A stretch of 59,253 bases of DNA from positions 1-59,253 of the forward strand of contig CAYNMK010000001.1 in the NCBI GenBank assembly GCA_964398445.1. The letters are read 5' to 3'. Position 1 is the stretch's first letter. Each line of letters starts with the position of its first letter. This DNA is from an uncultured Candidatus Saccharibacteria bacterium (GTDB lineage: Bacteria > Patescibacteriota > Minisyncoccia > UBA6257 > UBA9933). The notes under the pieces were generated by a model, which searched no databases, was not told the DNA's origin, and saw nothing but the letters and a program-made list of their open reading frames with translations. Below, in pieces: positions 27,617 to 36,458 of this stretch. Both the position numbers and the translations under genes were made by a program.

Positions 27617-28954
27617 ATGCGATTTTTTCAACGCCAATTTAAAAAGTTTATTTTATATGCTGAATTGCCCGAAATGCGATTGTTTTGGATTTTTTTGCTA
27701 ATAGTTTTAATAATTCTTGGCATTATTTTTTTTTATTTGCCGCGAATCTGGTTTTTGGCGGGAGCTATCACTTTTTTTCTTTTGATAATTATTGTTTTTA
27801 TAATTAATCTTCGTTTGGCGCGGTTAAATTCAGAGATTAAACTTGAGCGCAATGAATTAGTAAGCATTATTTCTAATTTAAACATCGGTGTTATCGTTTA
27901 TGATCCGAATTTTAAAATTTTAATTTTTAATCGGGCTGCGGAGGAAATTTTTAGCATTAAATCAAAAGAAATTATCGGCAAAGCATTTAATTTAGAAGAA
28001 GGCAGAAGTTATCATTTTAAATTATTGTCGCAGATAATTTACCCTTCTTTGGCTCCCTTGGTAATTAAGCGTTCGGAAGTTGGCGCTTATCCTCAAATAG
28101 CGGATTTTTCTTTTGAAGAGCCAAGATTAGAATTAAGAATAACAACAAATAAAATTATTGATTTAAATGGGCGCTTGTTGGGTTTTGTAAAATTAATTAA
28201 CAACAGAACGCGAGAAGTAGAAATTATGCGCTCAAAAAGCGAATTTATTGCTTTGGCAGCCCATCAATTAAGAACCCCATCAACTGCGGCTCAATGGGCG
28301 ATAGAATCTTTATCTAAGGAATCTTTAACGCCAAGCCAAAAAGAGCTTACAGACATCAGTTTGGCGGCGATTGATGGTCTTTTAAAAATAATAAATAACT
28401 TATTAGACGTTTCTAAGATTGAGGCAGGTCGTTTTGGGTATCAATTTGAGAATATTAATATTATAAGTTTTTTTGAGGAAATTCTTAGCGAGTTATTGCC
28501 GTTGGCAAAGCAAGTTGGCATTAATCTTTATTTTCAAAAACCGGATGAACCGTCAATTATTGTTTTTATTGACCCGCAAAAATTAAAAATGGTTTTATAT
28601 AATCTTATTGACAACGCTATTAAATATAACGTATCTAATGGTGAAATAATTATCAAGCTTAAGCGTGTTAAGGGTCAACCTTATGTCCAGGCAAGCGTTA
28701 AAGATACTGGCATTGGCATTTCGTCTGCGCAGGTTAGTAAATTATTTACTAAATTTTTTCGCGCTGAAAATGCCATTAAAGCGGTTCCTGATGGCTTAGG
28801 GTTGGGTCTTTATGTTGTTAAAAATATAATTAAGCGCCACGGTGGCGAAATTTGGGCTGAATCCGAACTTAATCGGGGATCTATTTTTTATTTTACTATT
28901 CCTATTGATTTAAAATTAATTCCGCCAAAAGAAACAGTGCTGTATGAAGAGTGA
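27617..28954 (+). CDS. sensor histidine kinase (TM, PAS-like, HisKA, HATPase)
   Basis: 445 aa. Two N-terminal TM helices, H-box AAHQLRTP, N-box DNAIKYN, G1 DTGIGI and G2 GLGLGL. No response regulator is adjacent. Confidence 0.85.
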   Translation: MRFFQRQFKKFILYAELPEMRLFWIFLLIVLIILGIIFFYLPRIWFLAGAITFFLLIIIVFIINLRLARLNSEIKLERNELVSIISNLNIGVIVYDPNFKILIFNRAAEEIFSIKSKEIIGKAFNLEEGRSYHFKLLSQIIYPSLAPLVIKRSEVGAYPQIADFSFEEPRLELRITTNKIIDLNGRLLGFVKLINNRTREVEIMRSKSEFIALAAHQLRTPSTAAQWAIESLSKESLTPSQKELTDISLAAIDGLLKIINNLLDVSKIEAGRFGYQFENINIISFFEEILSELLPLAKQVGINLYFQKPDEPSIIVFIDPQKLKMVLYNLIDNAIKYNVSNGEIIIKLKRVKGQPYVQASVKDTGIGISSAQVSKLFTKFFRAENAIKAVPDGLGLGLYVVKNIIKRHGGEIWAESELNRGSIFYFTIPIDLKLIPPKETVLYEE

Positions 28955-29012
28955 AGTAATTACTAGCTATTATCCACTATTCAATTAGCAGGTTTTGGTT
29001 AATTATTAAACT

Positions 29013-30638
29013 ATGCGTAAATATATTTTTATAGTTGGCGGCGTAATGTCTGGGGTTGGCAAGGGTATTACCGCTGCCTCTATAGGAAAAATTATACAGT
29101 CGCGAGGATTTGAAGTAACAGCCGTCAAGATTGATCCTTATGTAAATGTTGACGCCGGAACAATGAATCCAATTGAACACGGCGAAGTCTTTGTTTTGGA
29201 CGACGGCATGGAATGTGATCAAGATATGGGGAATTATGAAAGATTTTTAGATAGAGATCTTTCAAGGGCTAATTATATGACCACGGGCAGTATTTATCAG
29301 GCAGTAATTGAAAAAGAAAGAAAGTTAGGTTATGGTGGGCGTTGTGTTGAGGTAGTGCCTCATATTCCCTTAGAAGTATTAAGTAAAATTGATAAAGCTG
29401 CGACTAAAAATAAGTCTCAAATTGTTATTGTTGAAATAGGTGGCACTGTTGGCGAATATCAAAATGTTTTATTTTTAGAAGCGATTAGAATATTAAAAAT
29501 TAAAAAACCACAAGATGTTCTTTTGTGCCTGGTAAGTTATTTGCCGCTTCAAAACGAAGGTGAATTAAAGACTAAGCCAACTCAATATGCAGTTCGTACT
29601 TTAAATTCGGCCGGTCTTCAGCCTGATATTATTATTGCCCGCGCAAAAGTTGGCTTGGATAAAAAACGAAAAGAAAAAATTGCTTTTAATTGTAGCATCA
29701 CAAATGAAAGCGTTATTTCGGCGCCAAATATTGAAAGTATTTATGAAGTGCCGATAAATTTTGAGAAAGATAAATTAAGCGAATTTATTTTAAATAAATT
29801 AAAATTGAAGCCGCGGAAAAAAAATTTATTGCGTTGGCAAAAATTTGTAAGAAATATCCGTCATTCTAAAGAGCGAGTGAAAATCGGTATTGTTGGAAAA
29901 TATTTTAACGCCGGAGAATTTGTTTTGACAGATTCTTATATTTCAGTGATTGAGGCTATTAAGCAATCTGCTTATTTTTTAGGCAGAAAACCAGAAATTT
30001 TTTGGCTTAATGCTGAAATTTATGAAAAAAAACATAGTAGTTTGTCAGAGCTAAGCGAGTGCCATGGTATTATTGTGCCTGGCGGTTTTGGTAGCAGAGG
30101 AATAGAAGGAAAGATAGCCGCTATTCGTTATTGTCGGGAAAATAAAATTCCTTTTTTAGGGCTTTGTTATGGAATGCAGTTGTCTGTAATTGAATTTGCT
30201 CGTTCAATTCTTAAATTAAAAAAAGCTCATACTACCGAGGTTAGTCCAGGAACAGCTCATCCTGTAATTAAAATTTTACAGGAACAAAAAAAGAATTTAT
30301 CTGAACAAAGTTATGGCGGAAGCATGCGATTAGGCGCTTATCCTGCTGTTATCAAAAAAGGAACAATTGCTTATCAAGTCTACAAACAACATTTAGTCTT
30401 TGAAAGACATAGGCATCGTTATGAAGTTAATCCTCAGTATATTGAAAAATTAGAAAAGAAGGGATTGATTTTTTCAGGTTTTTCTCCGGACAAAAGATTA
30501 ATGGAGATCTTAGAGTTGTCCCGCTCAATCCATCCGTTTTTTGTGGCCACTCAATTTCATCCGGAATTTAAATCAAGGCCTCTTAATCCGCACCCGTTAT
30601 TTAAGGAATTTATTAGAGTAGCTATTAAAAATGACTAA
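29013..30638 (+). CDS. pyrG: CTP synthase
   Basis: 541 aa. N-terminal GGVMSGVGKGI, glutaminase GLCYGMQ and HRHRYE motifs. Confidence 0.95.
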   Translation: MRKYIFIVGGVMSGVGKGITAASIGKIIQSRGFEVTAVKIDPYVNVDAGTMNPIEHGEVFVLDDGMECDQDMGNYERFLDRDLSRANYMTTGSIYQAVIEKERKLGYGGRCVEVVPHIPLEVLSKIDKAATKNKSQIVIVEIGGTVGEYQNVLFLEAIRILKIKKPQDVLLCLVSYLPLQNEGELKTKPTQYAVRTLNSAGLQPDIIIARAKVGLDKKRKEKIAFNCSITNESVISAPNIESIYEVPINFEKDKLSEFILNKLKLKPRKKNLLRWQKFVRNIRHSKERVKIGIVGKYFNAGEFVLTDSYISVIEAIKQSAYFLGRKPEIFWLNAEIYEKKHSSLSELSECHGIIVPGGFGSRGIEGKIAAIRYCRENKIPFLGLCYGMQLSVIEFARSILKLKKAHTTEVSPGTAHPVIKILQEQKKNLSEQSYGGSMRLGAYPAVIKKGTIAYQVYKQHLVFERHRHRYEVNPQYIEKLEKKGLIFSGFSPDKRLMEILELSRSIHPFFVATQFHPEFKSRPLNPHPLFKEFIRVAIKND

Positions 30639-30649
30639 TTTTTAAATGT

Positions 30650-31540
30650 ATGGTCATATATTTATATGGTGCTGATTCTTATCGGCGCCAAAAAAAAACA
30701 AAAGAGCTTGTTGCTGATTATAATAAAAAATACCCAATTTCGGATTTAGGGCATTTTAATTTTTCTGTTCAAGATGAGGATAAAAAAAGGGAATTTATAA
30801 AATTGCAAGAATTTTTTTCAACACCTTCGCTTTTTGTAAATAAAAAATTAGGAATTTTGGAAAATGCTTTTTTTAAAATAAGCGCTTATTCTGCGGCTCA
30901 GCGCAAAGAATTAAAAGCATTTTTTAAAGCGCAAATCCCTTTGCAAGACTCAGTATTAATTATTTCTGAAGAGAATAAACCACCAACTGGTTTTGATTTT
31001 TTAATTAATGAAAAAGCATTATCTACTGAACTCAAGTTTCAGGAATTTAAAAGACTGGAATATGATCAATTAAAATATTTTATTAAGAAAGAAGCAGGTA
31101 AATATGAGCTTAATTTATCTTGCCAGGCAATTAATTTATTAGCTGAGAGCTTTAATAGTGATAGCTGGGGATTAGTTAATGAGATTAAAAAATTATCTTT
31201 AATTAGGGCGGATATTATTGACATAGATAAAATTAAAGAAGTTAGTGATTATGTTAGGCCATTAGTTGATGGCAAAAACATTTTTTATTCTATAATAAGC
31301 ATTATTAATAGTCAGCCATTTTCTCTAAATGGGCAAGATTATCGGGCTTTGATAGGCAAAATTAAAAATTTGGAAATTTTATTTTTACAACAAGAAGAGT
31401 CGGCGAAAATTTTTAATATTTTAGCCAGTCAGGCTCAATCGTTAAAATTAGCTCAAAAAATAGCTGACTATGATTCATTGATTAAGTTTGGCAGATTGAA
31501 TTATGAAGAAGCGTTGCTAGATTTAATTATTAATTACTGA
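30650..31540 (+). CDS. holA: DNA polymerase III delta subunit-like protein
   Basis: 296 aa. The start IYLYGADSYRRQKK and the helical C-terminal part resemble short HolA proteins. Called from general resemblance only. Confidence 0.5.
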   Translation: MVIYLYGADSYRRQKKTKELVADYNKKYPISDLGHFNFSVQDEDKKREFIKLQEFFSTPSLFVNKKLGILENAFFKISAYSAAQRKELKAFFKAQIPLQDSVLIISEENKPPTGFDFLINEKALSTELKFQEFKRLEYDQLKYFIKKEAGKYELNLSCQAINLLAESFNSDSWGLVNEIKKLSLIRADIIDIDKIKEVSDYVRPLVDGKNIFYSIISIINSQPFSLNGQDYRALIGKIKNLEILFLQQEESAKIFNILASQAQSLKLAQKIADYDSLIKFGRLNYEEALLDLIINY

Positions 31541-31600
31541 CTTTTTTGTTAATATCTAATTCAAGCGCTTTGGGCGGATAATAATATATGAGCTCATGCT

Positions 31601-31629
31601 TTGACATTTTATATTTTATAGTATATAAT
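31601..31629 (+). promoter_or_regulatory. consensus sigma-70-type promoter
   Basis: TTGACA (31601-31606), exactly 17 nt, TATAAT (31624-31629). A strong SD, AGGAGGAGG (31681-31689), lies 3 nt before ATG 31693. Confidence 0.6.
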
Positions 31630-31692
31630 AAATTTTAGAGGTGAGTGTTGTAAGTATTTAACCTTAAGTTCTTTAAAAAAAGGAGGAGGAAA

Positions 31693-32124
31693 ATGAAAAA
31701 GTTCACACTTTTAACAGTAGTATTGGTATTTCTTGTTGGTGGGTGCACGGTTGCTCACCATCAAGGGGCTGTAGCGGGATTGCTATTAGGCGGCATCGCA
31801 GGGGCGCTTCTTGATGGCAATAACCCATGGCGCGGTGGCGTGATTGGAGGGGCTCTTGGCGCAGTAGCAGGAGCCACACTTACCGATATTTCAGTTCGCG
31901 GCTCAAGAGAAGCCGCAAGATTGGGAAGGCCGGTTGAATACAGAACAAAAGATGGACGTGGTGTTTTCCGAGCAGAACCTATAAGTGATTTTTATCGCCC
32001 CGATAAACATACTAAGTGCCGGAAGGTTCGCGAGAGAACCTGGGAAGATGGTCGGCTTATCAAAGATGTTGTGAGAGAGATATGCGAGGGCGAAAAATTT
32101 GAAAGGAGGTATATAACCCCCTAA
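31693..32124 (+). CDS. glycine-zipper lipoprotein (17-kDa surface-antigen-like)
   Basis: 143 aa. Signal peptide with Cys (LVFLVGGC), glycine zipper GAVAGLLLGGIAGALLDG..GGVIGGALGAVAGA, and a Cys-containing C-terminal domain (CRKVRERTWEDGRLI..VREIC). G+C is 56% over 31741-31980 by hand count. Confidence 0.65.
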   Translation: MKKFTLLTVVLVFLVGGCTVAHHQGAVAGLLLGGIAGALLDGNNPWRGGVIGGALGAVAGATLTDISVRGSREAARLGRPVEYRTKDGRGVFRAEPISDFYRPDKHTKCRKVRERTWEDGRLIKDVVREICEGEKFERRYITP

Positions 32125-32131
32125 GCCTCAA

Positions 32132-32162
32132 GGGGGCGTAACAAAAAGTTATGCCCCCTTTT
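32132..32162. terminator. strong bidirectional intrinsic terminator
   Basis: GGGGGCGTAAC-aaaaa-GTTATGCCCCC (11-bp stem, one G-U) followed by TTTT. Lies between the convergent lipoprotein gene and rpsT. Confidence 0.7.
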
Positions 32163-32185
32163 AAATAGATTAATTCGGAGATTTT

Positions 32186-32446
32186 TTATTTGGTAATTTT
32201 TAATTTTTTAGCCAATCTAGACTTAAGTCGACTGGCTTTATTTTTTTTAATAAGATTTACTTTGGCAGATTTATCAAGTTTTTTATAAACTTCTGGTAAA
32301 TATTTTTTAGCTCGTTCTATATTAATTTCCAATAATTTTTTATATTGCTTAATAACCGTCTTAAGACTAATTTTTCGTTTGATATTTATTCGATGACGAC
32401 GAATACTTTGTCGCAATGCTTTTTTAACTGACTTAGTAACAGGCAT
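32186..32446 (-). CDS. rpsT: 30S ribosomal protein S20
   Basis: 86-aa very basic helical protein with the typical start MPVTKSVKKALRQS.RR. Confidence 0.85.
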   Translation of the reverse strand: MPVTKSVKKALRQSIRRHRINIKRKISLKTVIKQYKKLLEINIERAKKYLPEVYKKLDKSAKVNLIKKNKASRLKSRLAKKLKITK

Positions 32447-32572
32447 AATATTAAAAATTTTTAATTTTTAGAACTTAAATAACTTACGATTTAGGATATA
32501 ATATGTAGTTTTTAATGTCAAATAATATCACATAATTGCGTCTCTTTTTATTTTGAATTATAATTAATTATA

Positions 32573-33454
32573 ATGAAATTGTCTATTGGCATAATTGGTT
32601 TGCCGAATATCGGCAAGTCAACTCTTTTTAAAATTTTAACAGGAATAGAGGTTAAAATTGCTAATTATCCTTTTGCTACTGTTAATCCCAATGTCGGGGT
32701 GGTGGCGGCAACGGACGAGCGATTAGAAAAAATTGCCAAAATTATTGGTTCAAAAAAAATTTTGCCGGCTGTTTTTGAATTTGTGGATATTGCAGGACTG
32801 GTTAAAGGCGCTCATCAGGGGCAGGGCTTAGGTAATCAATTTTTAGCCCGCATTAGAGAAGTTGACGCCATTATTCATCTTGTCAGGATTTTTAAGGATA
32901 AAAATATTGTTTATTTTGAGACTCCCTTAGGAGACTCGGGTCAGCAGGCAGTTTATGATTTTGAAACGGTTTTAGCGGAATTAAAATTAAAAGATAAGGA
33001 ATCTAAGGAAGTGGTAAATTTATTGAGTTCTAAGTTGCAATTAGTTATTTTAAATGGCAACCCCGAAGAGGCAACAAAAGAACTTATTGATAAAATTAAT
33101 AAATTGAAGATTCCTTATTTAATTAAGGATTTAAAAAGCGCAAAAGAAGAGAAGTTTTTAGGCTTAAGTGAGATTTTTAGTTTTTTTCGTGAATTTCTAG
33201 ATTTAATTATTTTTTATACGGCTAATGAAAATGAGGCTCGGTCATGGTTTGTTAGGCGTGGAATTAAAGCATCGCAAGCAGTTGGGGTTGTTCATGCTGA
33301 TTTTGAAAAAAAATTTATTAAAGCAGAGGTTATTCAATTTGAAAAATTAACTTTAGCTGGTTCCTGGAATAGCGCCAAACAAAAGGGGTTGCTTCATTTA
33401 GAGGGCAAAGATTATCTTATTCAAGATGGCGATGTAGTATTGGTAAAGATATAA
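32573..33454 (+). CDS. ychF: ribosome-binding ATPase YchF (short form)
   Basis: 293 aa. G1 GLPNIGKSTLF, YPFATVNPNVGVV, DIAGLV and a TGS-like end (GKDYLIQDGDVVLVKI). Shorter than the usual ~360 aa. Confidence 0.85.
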   Translation: MKLSIGIIGLPNIGKSTLFKILTGIEVKIANYPFATVNPNVGVVAATDERLEKIAKIIGSKKILPAVFEFVDIAGLVKGAHQGQGLGNQFLARIREVDAIIHLVRIFKDKNIVYFETPLGDSGQQAVYDFETVLAELKLKDKESKEVVNLLSSKLQLVILNGNPEEATKELIDKINKLKIPYLIKDLKSAKEEKFLGLSEIFSFFREFLDLIIFYTANENEARSWFVRRGIKASQAVGVVHADFEKKFIKAEVIQFEKLTLAGSWNSAKQKGLLHLEGKDYLIQDGDVVLVKI

Positions 33455-33547
33455 ATTTCTAATCTTTTGCAAAGCTCAGAATGATAAAATAAGGCAGTAT
33501 AATTTAGGGATTTACTTTTGAATCATTTTTTATTATTATTAAAAGTA

Positions 33548-34939
33548 ATGGCTAAAAGAAAGGTAAAAATGGTGGATATTGTAAGGTCAAATCAATCAGC
33601 GCATTCGGTTGATTCAACTGATTCAACTGATTCAACTGATTTAACTGATTCAACTTGGAAAACGCAATTTTTAACAAAAAATAAGAAACATCACAAAGAT
33701 CCAGATAAGGATGATGCATTAAAAATATTAAATAAAAAAATAGAACGTTTTGAGGGCGAGGGAGTTGATGTCTTTAATAATGCAGGCATTAGACGTAAAA
33801 AAAATTTTAAAATATTATTTGGTTTAATTTTAGCGCTGGCTTTAGTTAGTTCGGCGGTTTACGCAGCTGTTGTTTTTTTGCCTCGGGCGGAAATTAAAAT
33901 TATTGTAGAAAAATTAAATTGGGAATATTATGACTTTATTATCGCTGATAAAAATATAAGCGAAATTGATTTGATTGAAAAGAAAATTCCAGCGCAAGTG
34001 TTTTCAAAAAAGAAAAATAATAATCTTTTATTTCCTGCAACCGGTATTCAACAGGTTAATCGCAGGGCAACAGGTAAAATTGTAATTTATAATGCCCATA
34101 GCTCTTCTTCTCAGTTATTGGTAGCGAATACTCGGTTTTTGACGCCAGATGGAAAAACTTTTCGTTTAAATAATAGGATTGTTGTGCCCGGGGCTAAAAT
34201 AATTGAAGGCAAAATTGTGCCTTCTAGTATTGAAGCAAAAGTAACAGCTGATAGATTAGGCGAAGAATCTAATATTGGGCCGATTAAACGTTTTTCAATT
34301 CCTGGGTTTAGAGGTTTAAAAAAATATCATAGATTCCACGGGGAGTCAAAGGAGCCGATGACAGGCGGATTTATTGGAGAAGTAGCAGCGCCAACCGCTC
34401 AAGACATTAAAAAAGCTAAAGAAAAAAATAGGCAAATTATTCAGCAAGTTCTTGTTTCTTTTATTGATTCTCAAATACCTGTGGATTTTGAAGTTATTGA
34501 AGAATCTAAACAGTTTAAAATTATAAAAGAAGTGGTTAATGAAAAAACTGACATTGATGGCAATTTTTCGGTTTTTAGTGAGGCTGAATCTTTAGTAATC
34601 GCCTTTTTAAAGGAAGACACAATGGATTTAATGGTTGCTTTGTCTAAAAAAGATTTAAGACAGGGATTTGAATTAAAAGAATATCAATTAAATTATGGAA
34701 TTGGACAGATTGATTTTAATAAGGGTCAAATGCTTTTTCCGGTTGATTTTCAAGGAGTTTTTTGGCAACCGATAAATTTGGAAGAATTTCGTGAATTAAT
34801 AAAAAATAAAAAAGAGCCAGGACTTAGGGATATGATTTTTGCTTTGCCCGGCGCGGAAAGAGCGGTTGTTTCTTTTTGGCCGTTTTGGGTTAATCAGGTG
34901 ACGAATAATATTGATAGAATACTAGTTATATTAGAGTAA
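33548..34939 (+). CDS. hypothetical membrane-anchored protein with N-terminal (D-S-T)n repeat
   Basis: The track ORF starts at TTG 33518; ATG 33548 (MAKRK..) is preferred. One TM helix (ILFGLILALALVSSAVYAAVVFL) and a large extracytoplasmic part. No family recognised. Confidence 0.5.
   Translation: MAKRKVKMVDIVRSNQSAHSVDSTDSTDSTDLTDSTWKTQFLTKNKKHHKDPDKDDALKILNKKIERFEGEGVDVFNNAGIRRKKNFKILFGLILALALVSSAVYAAVVFLPRAEIKIIVEKLNWEYYDFIIADKNISEIDLIEKKIPAQVFSKKKNNNLLFPATGIQQVNRRATGKIVIYNAHSSSSQLLVANTRFLTPDGKTFRLNNRIVVPGAKIIEGKIVPSSIEAKVTADRLGEESNIGPIKRFSIPGFRGLKKYHRFHGESKEPMTGGFIGEVAAPTAQDIKKAKEKNRQIIQQVLVSFIDSQIPVDFEVIEESKQFKIIKEVVNEKTDIDGNFSVFSEAESLVIAFLKEDTMDLMVALSKKDLRQGFELKEYQLNYGIGQIDFNKGQMLFPVDFQGVFWQPINLEEFRELIKNKKEPGLRDMIFALPGAERAVVSFWPFWVNQVTNNIDRILVILE
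33611..33655 (+). repeat. 5 tandem copies of a 9-bp unit (GATTCAACT) inside a CDS
   Basis: gattcaact x3, gatttaact, gattcaact. Encodes DSTDSTDSTDLTDST. Confidence 0.9.
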
Positions 34940-35040
34940 GTTTGCATAAATTCATATCCATATTAGACTTTGAAAACTTAATATGTGTCAATTTAACATC
35001 ACAAAGGGTCTTATCGGGCATAAAACAATGGAGAATCATA

Positions 35041-35124
35041 AGAATTTCTTTTTACAGATATTACGAGATTCTTCTCCGCCAGTTGGCAACTCAGAATGAC
35101 AATGGGCAAAAACAGGTAGCGTAA
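35041..35124 (-). repeat. partial copy of the GTCATTCTGAG-type repeat
   Basis: The reverse complement of 35090-35124 (ttacgctacctgtttttgcccattgtcattctgag) matches 5623-5658 at 33 of 36 positions. GAGATTCTTC lies at 35065-35074. Confidence 0.8.
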
Positions 35125-35366
35125 ATTTAAAAAAATCACCCATACAATACATTGTCAGTAATCTGATGCCTCAAAAGTCCAATATATTATGGATATTTAA
35201 GTTTGACAATTTAGCGTAAATTTGATAAAAATAAATAGGTAATGCGTAAAAAATCTGAGCATTGTTTGTAATGCTATTTATTGTCAAGATATTCTTTTTG
35301 TTGTCGCTAGATTTTTTTGAAAAATAGTTACGAATCTCAGGGTAGTTTAATAAATAAAAAATTTTT

Positions 35367-36392
35367 ATGAATTTTAGCAAAGCTATTAACAATTTAATAA
35401 ATGATTTGCCTTCTCGACAAAGAGAGATCATAAAAGAAAGATTTGGATTAGGCATCAGCAGGAAGATAACCTTAGCGGCCATAGGAGAAAAATATGGCCT
35501 TACCAGAGAGCGAATAAGACAAATAGAAAAAGAAGCTTTGAAAGTAATTGCTGAAAAAATTAAATTTGGCTTAATAGCCAAAATTTTAGTTGTGGTGAAT
35601 AATCAGTTTAAAAAATTTGGCAATGCGCGCCGGGAAGATTTTTTAGTTAAAGATTTTCAAAAAATATTGAAAGATAAGAATTTAACAATTATGCAAATAA
35701 AATTTATTTTTAAAGCTGTTGGCCATCCTTTTTATCAACTTGAAGATAAAAATTTTTATGGCTTTTGGTATAAAGATAAAAAGATGTTAAATAAAATTAA
35801 TAATTTTATCAATAATTTGGCACAATTTTTTAGTAATAAAAAAGAAGACTTAATTATTGATAAAAAATTTAACGAACTTTTTGTTGAAGCAATTAAACCG
35901 CATTCTTTGCAAAGAGTCATTGCTTTAAATTACGTCTCAGTTTCTAAAAAATTCAGTGTCAATAGTTACGGTGACTTTGGATTAAGTTGTTGGGAAGAAA
36001 TTAATCCCAAAACAATGAAAGCTAAAGCCTATTTAGTGGCAAGGAAATATAAAAAACCGGCTCATTTCAAGCAAATCTCAAAAGAGATTAATAAGGTTAA
36101 TTTTGATAAACGAATTGCTTTATCTCAAACTATTCATAATGAATTAATCAAGGACAAGAGATTTGTTTTGGTGGGTCGAGGAATGTACGCTCTTAAGGAA
36201 TTTGGCTTTATGCCAGGAAATACCAAAGAAATTATCGCGCAGCTGTTAAAAAGCAAGGGACCACTTTCATCTTCGGAGGTCATAAATTTAACTCTTAAAC
36301 AGAGGGTTATTAAAAAGGGAACTGTTTTAATTAATCTTCAAAATAAAAAGCGTTTTAAACGGCTGGTGAATGGGAAATATCATATAGCGTAA
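35367..36392 (+). CDS. sigma-70 region-4-like HTH plus HARE-HTH domain protein
   Basis: 341 aa. The N-terminus RQREIIKERFGLG..ITLAAIGEKYGLTRERIRQIEKEAL is a region-4-type HTH. The C-terminal part (AHFKQISKEI..IHNELIKDKRFVLVGRGMYALKEFG) fits HARE-HTH. No sigma region 2 is present. Confidence 0.55.
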   Translation: MNFSKAINNLINDLPSRQREIIKERFGLGISRKITLAAIGEKYGLTRERIRQIEKEALKVIAEKIKFGLIAKILVVVNNQFKKFGNARREDFLVKDFQKILKDKNLTIMQIKFIFKAVGHPFYQLEDKNFYGFWYKDKKMLNKINNFINNLAQFFSNKKEDLIIDKKFNELFVEAIKPHSLQRVIALNYVSVSKKFSVNSYGDFGLSCWEEINPKTMKAKAYLVARKYKKPAHFKQISKEINKVNFDKRIALSQTIHNELIKDKRFVLVGRGMYALKEFGFMPGNTKEIIAQLLKSKGPLSSSEVINLTLKQRVIKKGTVLINLQNKKRFKRLVNGKYHIA

Positions 36393-36458
36393 TAAAAATG
36401 TAAATATCAAAAATATTAATATCTAAAATTATTTTGATTTTTATCTTTTGCATTTTGT

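Noticed and set aside
34942-35124. 60-aa plus-strand ORF after the 473-aa gene.
   Set aside because: It starts on a non-ATG codon and reads straight through the inverted copy of the intergenic repeat. It resembles no known protein.
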